A model generated the notes under the pieces. It ran no database searches, had not been told where the DNA came from, and saw nothing but the letters and a program-made list of their open reading frames with translations. This document shows positions 28,063-37,000 of a stretch of DNA of 64,000 bases, one piece after another. A program made the translations under genes and the position numbers. Source of the stretch: an uncultured archaeon (lineage in GTDB: Archaea > Altiarchaeota > Altiarchaeia > JAFGQM01). The stretch lies in the NCBI GenBank assembly GCA_964619365.1, contig CAZUDQ010000004.1, positions 13,185 through 77,184 of the forward strand. Direction: 5' to 3'. Positions within the stretch are counted from its first letter, which is position 1; each line of letters begins with the position of its first letter.

Positions 28063-29108
28063 TCAATTATTTTTGTCTCTAGTTTTTTAAGCTCACAAAA
28101 ATCAGTCGAAAAATTATATGCCCCGGCGTTAAGAAAAACAAGCTTGTCGCCAAGCTCTGGCGAGTCAAGGTATACCCTATATCTGAATAAGTCAACTGAA
28201 CACGGCGTGCAACCCTTTATGACATACGGTTTTGCACAAGAGTCGCCTTTTTTTAATTCTCCAGCCACAATCAGTTTTACAGGAACAATTACTGCGTCCA
28301 TGTCGCTATTGTAAACAGAAGCATCAATTATGATATTGTTGTCATAAATCTGCATTATATGTGTTATAAGTTTTCCTGAAGGTGCAGCAATAAAGCGCCC
28401 GGGTTCAACCATAAGCTTAATCTCCTTCTCATCAAGGAAACTACGCAGCTCAGCGATTTTCTTAAATATTGAGCTGACCACTTCAACATTGGTGTTTGCA
28501 TACTCACTTGGAAGTCCCCCACCAATATTTATTATAGATATTGCATCAAGTGATTCCTCGCTAAGCATATTTTTTATGTCGTAGATAAGATTCCATTCCG
28601 AAAGATTCTGGGTCTTTCTATGGAAGTGAACACCCAATACTGCAATCTTGGGCTTATCTTTTAGTTCAGCGATTTTCTTGTTGACAAGCTCGCTTTTCAT
28701 CCCAAATACAAAGTGGCGCTCAGTACGCAAGGTATTTTCTTTAAGTTTTATCCTAAGGAAAAGCTCTATTGCACAGCGGGGCGTGTTATTTTCAAGCCAA
28801 GAGCTTAGAATATCAAGGTCTGCTTCGTTATCGACTACAAAACGGAATACGCCAGAACCCACCAGCTCTGAAATGAACGCGTTGTCCCACGCCTGAGCCA
28901 AAAAAAGCACGCGGGATTTGTCCTTTACATGAATAAGCTCGCCTTCCATATGAAGCGAAAAAAGCGAGTCTGTTTCTTCTTCGAGAATTGGCACGATATT
29001 GGGATTTGTCTTTGAGCTGTATGAGACTATATCTGCTGCGTCTCTTGCCTTAGAGTATTGCGCAAGGACAGTTTTTTTTGATATCTCAAAATACGGCTTG
29101 CTTATCAT
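28059..29108 (-). CDS. PLP-dependent fold-III decarboxylase (ornithine/diaminopimelate family)
   Basis: YSSKTN (PLP Lys), NIGGGLP, VEPGRF, GCTPCSVD, NAGAY. Confidence 0.85.
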   Translation of the reverse strand: MISKPYFEISKKTVLAQYSKARDAADIVSYSSKTNPNIVPILEEETDSLFSLHMEGELIHVKDKSRVLFLAQAWDNAFISELVGSGVFRFVVDNEADLDILSSWLENNTPRCAIELFLRIKLKENTLRTERHFVFGMKSELVNKKIAELKDKPKIAVLGVHFHRKTQNLSEWNLIYDIKNMLSEESLDAISIINIGGGLPSEYANTNVEVVSSIFKKIAELRSFLDEKEIKLMVEPGRFIAAPSGKLITHIMQIYDNNIIIDASVYNSDMDAVIVPVKLIVAGELKKGDSCAKPYVIKGCTPCSVDLFRYRVYLDSPELGDKLVFLNAGAYNFSTDFCELKKLETKIID

Positions 29109-30067
29109 TCTTTGATTAAGTCTTCCTTAGAGAGCTCGTCAAGCGAACGGCACATGGCAAGGGGGAACATTATTGTTACGTCGCCCACAACCGTTGCAAT
29201 ATCGCTTTCGTCCTTTATCTTGCCCCAGCTTTTAGCTTCAGAAGTCGTTGCTCCTGACATGGAGCCAGAAGTCTTGTGTGCAGTTGTCATATAGACTGCA
29301 AGCTCCGCCCCGCCGTTAAGAAGCGTTGAAAGGATAGCATGATGTTTTGAGACGCTCCCGCCAAGTGCGATTACTGCCTTTTTTTCGTCGTGGTTTGTCG
29401 CAAATATTATGTTTCCAAAATCTGATACCACATCCACAATAAAGTCCTTATGGTCTTGCTGGAAAAGATAAAGTTGGAAACCAAACGAGCCGTCTGTTAT
29501 TGCAGGACAAAATATCGGGACGCCCTTTTTTGCCGCCTGGTATAGTATAGAATTCTCATCAGTTAGGCGCAGACCAATCTCGTAAAGAAGCTCTGAGACG
29601 CTCCACCGCGTTTTCTTTTTGTATAATTCTCCAAGTAGGGGTTGAAGCATCGCCTCAAGGTTTGCATAACTCTCGTTTTTTATCTCAAGGTTACCCACGC
29701 GGTTTATTCCCTGCTCGTGAAGCTCAACGTCATCAGAGTTAAAGCTTCCGATTGCAAATTTCTCACCTGACGCTTTCATGATATCTTCTTCAATAGCGCC
29801 AGCCGTTGTAACAATGATATGAGCCATATCAAGTCTTATTAACTGGGCAAAAAAGCCCCGAAGGCCTGATGTCACCATGTTTGAAGTGAACGTAAGAAAG
29901 ATTTTAGCGTTCTCGCGCTTCATCTTGCAAAATACCTCTGATGCACGGTAGAGCTCAACACTCTGAAAGCCGACCTCGCCAAGACCGTCAACAAGCTCGG
30001 AGACCTTTATCCCGTCTTTCCATTCAAAATCAGATACGTATTCCATTTCCCTTCTAAAGATTTTCAA
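29105..30067 (-). CDS. dys: Deoxyhypusine synthase family protein
   Basis: GFQ, FTSNMVTSGLR, NRVGN, FCPAITDGSFG, LGG.VSKHH, GSMSGA..EAKSWGK. Confidence 0.92.
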   Translation of the reverse strand: MKIFRREMEYVSDFEWKDGIKVSELVDGLGEVGFQSVELYRASEVFCKMKRENAKIFLTFTSNMVTSGLRGFFAQLIRLDMAHIIVTTAGAIEEDIMKASGEKFAIGSFNSDDVELHEQGINRVGNLEIKNESYANLEAMLQPLLGELYKKKTRWSVSELLYEIGLRLTDENSILYQAAKKGVPIFCPAITDGSFGFQLYLFQQDHKDFIVDVVSDFGNIIFATNHDEKKAVIALGGSVSKHHAILSTLLNGGAELAVYMTTAHKTSGSMSGATTSEAKSWGKIKDESDIATVVGDVTIMFPLAMCRSLDELSKEDLIKE

Positions 30068-30346
30068 GCAAGAAGAAGTGCTATTTTTGAGTATTAAGCC
30101 TTTAAAATTAGTGTTTAGTCCGGATGCGATATTAAAATGCTAAAAAGTCCAAGCTACCAAAAAAGAATTAAGGGATTTGAGGTAGCTGGCCACCTAAATA
30201 AAAAAAGAAAGAATAAAACTTTAGACTCTAGGGGAAAACTAAAGAAATTTTACATTATCCGCGGAAAGTCAGAAGGCTGGATTGAGAAACAAGTGGGGCG
30301 GGATTTGCGTTCCAGACCACAAGGCGCAAATAGAAAGAACTCTTAA

Positions 30347-30703
30347 ATGAAAATATTTAACAAAACCAGTGGGAAGTACATTTCAAAAGACGCAAAGGAG
30401 TGCAAGTCTATTCTTTCTCGCATGCGTGGCCTTATGCTTGCAAAAAAACCAAAGACCGTAGTTCTCATGAACCCGAAGATAAATATTGAAGGCGCGTCAA
30501 TTCACATGTTTTTCATGCGCTTTCCAATCGATGTGATATGGGTCAATGAAAAAGGAACGGTAGTTGACGTCTTTAGGGCTGCAAAGCCGTGGGCTCTTAA
30601 AATATACCGCCCAAAACTCTCGGCAAAATATGTGGTAGAGAGTCCTATTGGTATGATTGATGCAAGCGAGACAAAAGAGGGCGACATAATAAAATTTAAT
30701 TAA
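30347..30703 (+). CDS. DUF192 family protein
   Basis: RMRGLM, SIHMFFMRFPIDVIW, KPW, AKYVVE, GD. Confidence 0.85.
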   Translation: MKIFNKTSGKYISKDAKECKSILSRMRGLMLAKKPKTVVLMNPKINIEGASIHMFFMRFPIDVIWVNEKGTVVDVFRAAKPWALKIYRPKLSAKYVVESPIGMIDASETKEGDIIKFN

Positions 30704-30744
30704 GAAAACGAGGTTTTATTCAAATAGCCTCAAAATACTTTGCA

Positions 30745-31605
30745 ATGATTATATTCTCAAACCAAAAGTCAGCAGGAATCGCCCGGAGCGTCGCAAAAGA
30801 AACGGGAGCCGCGCTAGGGCAAATAGAAAAGAAAGTCTTTCCTGACGGCGAGATTTACATTCGCTTAATGACTCCAGTAAAAGGAAGCGATTGCGTCCTG
30901 ATTTCCAGCACGCAAACTAACGATGATGTCATAGAACTTTTGCTCACACTTTCAGCCATTAAGGAAAACGGCGCAAAAAAGATAATCTGCGTCATGCCGC
31001 ACATGGCTTACCAGCGCCAGGATCATGCCTTTAAGGAAGGCGAGGCAGTCTCTGCACGCATATTCCTTGATATGATTAAGACTTACGCCGACAAGATAAT
31101 TGTAATCGACGCGCATTTCCTTGAGGATATTGGCGACATGGATTTTATGGGAATACCAGTTATGAATCTTGATGCATTTCCATTACTAGGCAAATACTTT
31201 GCCGAAAAGAAAGGCGCAGAAAACCTAATCATATTTTCACCTGATGCAGGCTCAAAAGCTTACGCCGATGCCGCAGGAAAAGCAGTCGGCTGCCCTTCAG
31301 ACCACTTAATCAAAAAGCGCATTGACGGCGAAACTGTACAGATGCAGCCAAAAGAGCTTTGTGTTGATGGAAAAGACGCAGTAATCCTTGATGATATAAT
31401 CGCAACGGGAGGCACCATGAAAAAGGCCGCAGAGATGCTTATTTCCCAAGGTGCAAAGTCTGTTTCGATGGGATGCGTTCACGGTGTCTTTGCAAAAGGA
31501 ACTGACATTTTTGGCGACTTTGAAGTCGTTTCGACAGATTCGATTTTAGGGGAGCTCTCAAAAGTTCATGTTGCGCCGCTAATAGCAAAAGAGCTCTTAT
31601 CTTAA
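30745..31605 (+). CDS. prs: Ribose-phosphate pyrophosphokinase
   Basis: FPDGEIYIR, AYQRQD..F..GE, SPDAG, ILDDIIATGGTM, CVHGVF. Confidence 0.95.
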   Translation: MIIFSNQKSAGIARSVAKETGAALGQIEKKVFPDGEIYIRLMTPVKGSDCVLISSTQTNDDVIELLLTLSAIKENGAKKIICVMPHMAYQRQDHAFKEGEAVSARIFLDMIKTYADKIIVIDAHFLEDIGDMDFMGIPVMNLDAFPLLGKYFAEKKGAENLIIFSPDAGSKAYADAAGKAVGCPSDHLIKKRIDGETVQMQPKELCVDGKDAVILDDIIATGGTMKKAAEMLISQGAKSVSMGCVHGVFAKGTDIFGDFEVVSTDSILGELSKVHVAPLIAKELLS

Positions 31606-31622
31606 AATAAAATTATCCAATA

Positions 31623-32726
31623 ATGGAAAATAAAACTCTTGAGGATATTTTCCAGCTCAAAGAATATTCTCTTAGTTCTAAGGAAAAGGAAGAAGTTCTC
31701 TTGCCAATCATAAAAGAGGGCGTCAAAAGAGCCAGGAGAAACCCCCAAATAGACTCTTTTTTAGAAAAGGAATCATTTGATTCTGAAAAAATATCTTCCT
31801 TAAGTCAGATTCCTGGGGTACCTATACAGATGTTTAAGGATATTGACCTTTCGACTTGTGACAAAAAGGATATAATCCAGATACTAAAATCCAGTGGGAC
31901 AACATCATCAGAACAAAGCAAAGTGCCGCTAAACCAAGAAACCTTAATCAATCAGGGGCGAGCTTTCCAGAGCAGTATCGTGAATTATTTTGGTTCTGAA
32001 AAACGCGTATTTCTTGTAATAGACCACAAAGGCATAATTGACCCAAAGCGTGAGATAACTTCACGGACAGCAATAGTCCGTGCGCCCTTAAGATATGCCA
32101 AAGAGACATATTTTCTCTTAAAAGAAACGGAGGATGGGAGATTAGTCTTGGACATGGACGTAATCAACGAGGTAATCAGAAAACACTCAAATGATGATAT
32201 AATAGCATTCGGGTTTACTTACATTGTATGGAGCGTTTTTTATAAACAGGCAAAAGATGCAGGCATTTCCTTTAAATTTCCAAATCTCAAGCTTTTCCAT
32301 GCGGGCGGTTGGAAAAAGCTCTCAGAAGAAAAAGTATCAAAAGAGGCGTTCTCAAAAGAGCTTGCGAGACTTTTTGGAATATCCTATAAGGAAGTTTGTG
32401 ACTTTTACGGAATGGCAGAGCAAAACGGGGTAATCTTTATTGATTGTAAAGAAGGCAATAAACACGTGCCAAATTTTGCCAAGGTTATAATCCGGGACAC
32501 ACAGACATTAGAACCTGTACAAAAAGGCCAGACTGGGATAATTGAGATAATGAGTGCCCTTGGGACAAGTTATTATTCTCAGGCCATCCTGACAGAGGAT
32601 TTGGGTGAATACCTTGGCGATGATGATTGTCCATGCGGTCGGCATGGCGAATACTTTAGATTCAAAGGAAGGCTCAAAAAAGCTCCTCTTCGTGGATGTG
32701 GAGATACCTTCAAGGAGAAAAAATAA
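31623..32726 (+). CDS. LuxE-family acyl-protein synthetase
   Basis: SSGTT, FGFTYIVW, HAGGWKK, DFYGMAEQ, ILTEDLG, C-terminal acylation site LRGCGD. Confidence 0.88.
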   Translation: MENKTLEDIFQLKEYSLSSKEKEEVLLPIIKEGVKRARRNPQIDSFLEKESFDSEKISSLSQIPGVPIQMFKDIDLSTCDKKDIIQILKSSGTTSSEQSKVPLNQETLINQGRAFQSSIVNYFGSEKRVFLVIDHKGIIDPKREITSRTAIVRAPLRYAKETYFLLKETEDGRLVLDMDVINEVIRKHSNDDIIAFGFTYIVWSVFYKQAKDAGISFKFPNLKLFHAGGWKKLSEEKVSKEAFSKELARLFGISYKEVCDFYGMAEQNGVIFIDCKEGNKHVPNFAKVIIRDTQTLEPVQKGQTGIIEIMSALGTSYYSQAILTEDLGEYLGDDDCPCGRHGEYFRFKGRLKKAPLRGCGDTFKEKK

Positions 32727-34000
32727 TAAACTGTTATTTTCTTTCAGGGAAAAAAGTAGAGAAACAAATTACAGATTTTAGCGAAATAGAAATTGTCTTA
32801 GAAAAGAATCGAAAAGACCTTTATAATATGGGTCTTGAAGGTGTCATAAAAATTCTCTCAGAACTATCAAAACATATTCTTTCCAACCAAGAACTTCTTC
32901 AGATAGGATACATGGAATATCTTTCAGATTGGTTAAGCGAAAAAAACCTTAGAGAAATTTGTAACAATAATTATGGCGTTAAAAATCCTTTTGAGCAAAG
33001 CCAAGATTTAAATGGTCTAAAAATTATTGCCGCACCAAGAGGTATTGCTAGTCATTGGGTCGCCGAGAACATACCGACTATTGCAATTTTCTCACTTGTC
33101 CAGGGACTTCTTTCACTTAATGCCAATGTTATGAAAGTTCCAAAAAATTCAGTACACCCAATCTGTTTAATTCTGGAAATACTCTCCGGAATTGAACTTG
33201 AGTTTAATGGAAAGAAACTTTTAGGTTCAGACCTGTCAAAAAATGTGGTTATCACAACATTTCCCAGTTCAGAGACTTTCGCAGGGAACTCACTTTCACA
33301 AATAGCTGATGTAAAGCTAATTTGGGGTGGCAAAGAAGCAGTGAGCTCAATTACCCAAATGCCACAAAAAGAGCATTGCGAGATTCTAACATTCGGACCA
33401 AAATACTCATTTGGCGTTTATGCTAAGGATGCAATAGAATCAAATCTTGAAGAGAATCTAAAAGGTTCTGCCTTAGACATCGTACTTTTTAATCAGATGG
33501 CATGCTCATCCCCACATGTCTTATTTTTTGAAAAGAGCAAGTATCCTTTGGATGAAATAGCCAACAAGCTAGCTGAGGCATTTGACTCCACACCTAAAAA
33601 ATATTTTATGCCCCTAAATGATGAACTTGTATCAAAAATTATGAATAAACGGGGCGAATATCTTCTTGACAAAAAGAAGGTTATAAAAAAATCAAAGACT
33701 TTGGAATGGACAATTCTACTAGATAACAAGCTCTCCTTAGAAGAGCCGATAGCAGGTCGTTGCATTTTTCTAAAGGAAATAAACTCCATTTTGGATGTAA
33801 TCCCACTAATCACGCATAAAGTTCAAACAATAAGTCTGGCGTGCCTAGATGACAAATTAACCAACAAATTCTTTAAGTGCGCAGCTTATGTGGGAGTAAG
33901 TCGTATAACTCCTCCCGGAAAGATGCTAGATTTCTATTCGCCATGGGATGGCATGATGCAAGTTTCAAGACTCGTCAGATGGGTAAGTCTAAAAAATTAG
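32696..34000 (+). CDS. LuxC-family acyl-CoA reductase
   Basis: PRG..SHW.A.N.P, WGGKEAV, FGPKYS, FNQMACSSP (catalytic Cys), GVSRI..G.M..PWDG..RLVRW; exact start uncertain. Confidence 0.88.
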   Translation: MWRYLQGEKIINCYFLSGKKVEKQITDFSEIEIVLEKNRKDLYNMGLEGVIKILSELSKHILSNQELLQIGYMEYLSDWLSEKNLREICNNNYGVKNPFEQSQDLNGLKIIAAPRGIASHWVAENIPTIAIFSLVQGLLSLNANVMKVPKNSVHPICLILEILSGIELEFNGKKLLGSDLSKNVVITTFPSSETFAGNSLSQIADVKLIWGGKEAVSSITQMPQKEHCEILTFGPKYSFGVYAKDAIESNLEENLKGSALDIVLFNQMACSSPHVLFFEKSKYPLDEIANKLAEAFDSTPKKYFMPLNDELVSKIMNKRGEYLLDKKKVIKKSKTLEWTILLDNKLSLEEPIAGRCIFLKEINSILDVIPLITHKVQTISLACLDDKLTNKFFKCAAYVGVSRITPPGKMLDFYSPWDGMMQVSRLVRWVSLKN

Positions 34001-34049
34001 AATAATAGAGCATTATTTACTTTTTATTAATTTTAATATAGAATACACA

Positions 34050-37000
34050 ATGTCAATTAATGATAAATTATTACCTTTATTAGAGAAAATCCATCTTGCA
34101 GGGTTTTTTGAGGAAAAGAATATCCCGCCCATTGCGTTTCCAATAGGAATGATTGTTCTTATCGGAATTATCGCATTTTTGTTATTTTCTGGCGGGTCAT
34201 CTAATGTCATTTGTGGTGACGCTTTATGCGACTCTACAGAAAACTGTACAACTTGCCCTGAGGACTGTGGCAATTGCGCTGACAGTAAAAAAGAGTTTGA
34301 GGGCTTGCCTGCAACAAAAGAAGTAAGTGTAATTTTGACGGGCGCCCCCATACAATCCACACTTAGTGTTTCACTTCAGGATGATTCTGGAACGACTTTA
34401 CAAGGCAAGACGGGTAAATCCTCTGAATTCACCTTCCAGATTCCAACTACCGCAAACGTTGTAAGGGCCATAGTAAAAAACCTAGATACTGGCAATGCAA
34501 TCAATTCAGATTTTTTCTCTATCGAAGTTGGTGACCCCACAATTCCCGTAATGATTCCATCTGATTTTTTTGACCAGGGTCATGAAGAAACGGCAACGCT
34601 TATTGTGTCACTAAAAAACGCAAAAACGATGACGCCCATATCTGGCAAGATTTCAATTGTGCTACCCAGCGGCTCTTCTTATAGTGTGGTGGAGACTAAG
34701 CAGTCTACAGGCGGGGTTGCAAGTTTTTCTTTAGAACCAGGCACATATGCAGTCATTACAGAAGCAAGTGCTTACTCAAGTTATGACAACAGGAATAGCC
34801 CAGTTACCTTAAGCTCGGGTAGGACGCTTTCAATAACTGCCCCTATGGAACCTGTGACAAAGACAAGAACTATAAACTTTTGTGCAGGTCAAAACGCCCC
34901 GATTATCGCGGTGTATACTAGTTCAGGAACCTTACTCTCAGAACTTACAACAGATTCTTTTGGATGTGCCGAGTTTGAAATGGACGAGGGAACAACGGGT
35001 TATGCCAGAGCAATGGCCTTAGACCCCTCCTGCAGCTCATCTGATGCTATGTTTTCAGAAGATTCCTCAAACTCATTAGTAATCAGTGTAGTATGTGGAG
35101 ACATGGTTTCGCAAATACGTGCAGAAGTCATAGGGCTTAACAATGAAGTGCTCACGGAAAACGCTACAGTAAACCTTTTTTATGAAGACGGAACACGCAT
35201 AAGCGGAAGCGGGACGGCAGGCGCACTGATGCCCAACGGAACTGCTACAGAATATGTCCATGTCGACTCCACAGACACAGTATATTTTGTCGTTACAGGA
35301 GTTAATGGATACCTTGATTTTACCTCGAGAAAATACGAAGTGCTTCAGGGAGAAGCTAAGACTGTAAAACTTAATCTCATTGTCGCGCCAGAACCCAAAC
35401 CCGAGATGGAATTCAGGGAGCTATATTTTCCAACAACGGCAATCGCAGGAAAAGAGTTTAAGGTCAGTTTCCAAAAAGCGCTTTGCAATGGAGAAGATGT
35501 CACGGCAACAGAAAACTTCAAGGTTTCTTTTACAGGAGGTAATTGCAGCATACTTGGGACAACGATAACTTATCTACCCTCAGTCTCTCATTTAGGAGAA
35601 CAGACAATAGAGATATATAATAATGATAATGCAGACTGCATTGCACTAATAAAAAAGAACATAAGTGTTTTTGAAAGTGGTGAGAACCCCTTTGAAGTAA
35701 TACCTTATGCCATCACGGGGTTAGACGCCCCAGTGACAGTGCCCTTTGCAATAACCTTTAACGGAACTCCAATACTAAATGATTTTGATTACATATTAAA
35801 AGCAAAGTACAGTGAGGGTGGGATTGCCCTTCCCGAAGAACCTTTATTGTCTGAAGCAGATGAATATTTATATACAAAAATTGATTCACCCTTTACTGGA
35901 GATCATGCTTTGGAGATAAATCTTAGCAAAGTAGTAGGCGATGTCTATTACGCAGGCTCTTTTGAGATAAGTAACATCAGAAGCTATCCCAGAAACCAAA
36001 AGATAAAAATAGAGAGTACAGTTAGCCCCAGGTTCCCTTATCCAACGGAAGGATTTTATGTTGCAATCAAATTACAAGCGGGATCATGGATAATAAAAGG
36101 CTTGGAAAACGTTTATGCAGAATTTTACAGTACGACTCAAAAAATGTACTGGAACCCGGCATCACAGATTTATTCTACCTCGTTTGAAGCACCCCTTAGC
36201 GAGGGCATATTTCCAGTGACCTTTAAGGTGGGTGGGGCGACTCTTGCTGAAGAGAACGTTTATGTCGCAAATACCGCCCTTGAACGCTCTTCTACGTGTG
36301 AAATAGCAAACTGTGCGGATATAAATGATGTCAGAGCATGCGTATACTCACACAACAAGCAGTCCATGCACACAACGCGTGAAGTGATAGGTTGTTTTGA
36401 AAATGGGTGGGGCACAGTACTTTCATCTGAAGAGTTTTCACTACTTCATTGTACGGAGGACAGTGCCTCAAAAGGTGATTGGAACAACAACTGCTATCTA
36501 GACACGACAGGGGAACTTAGCGACCGTGCGATATTGTCTGAAGCCTTGTCACGACTGTCTGAAGATGAGCTTTACAGTTATCTGGGCTGTGGGGATATGG
36601 ACAATGACCTTGATGTGGATAAAGACGATTTAGTATGCCTTACAAACGTTGCTTCAGGCAAATGGTTTGGTGACACAGGTACTAGTTCAAATTCTGATAT
36701 ATGTTCCTCACAATTAATGGGTGGGTTTTGTTTTGATATCAAAACAAGCTCTGCAATCCCCGGTGATTTTAATAATGACAAGGATATCGATTCAGATGAT
36801 ATAGAACTAATGCAGGACATAATAAGGGCTGTTAGAAGTGGAGTCACACCACCTTCAAAATTACTTGCTTTTGCAGATTTTAATCAAGATAGGACAATAG
36901 GGCAAATCGATCTCGAGTGTCTTGAGAAATTTAAAAACGTCAATTTTGATTCCTATGAGGCATACGGACAACAGGTGTCGTTTATACCTTCAGAGTGTTT

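Noticed and set aside
30137-30346. 69-aa basic ORF with a faint resemblance (RGKSEGWIEKQ) to BRO-type protein segments
   Set aside because: Too short and too weak to call by eye; it may be a remnant or spurious.
31623-34000. Bioluminescence operon
   Set aside because: No luxA, luxB, luxD or luxG is present in the window.
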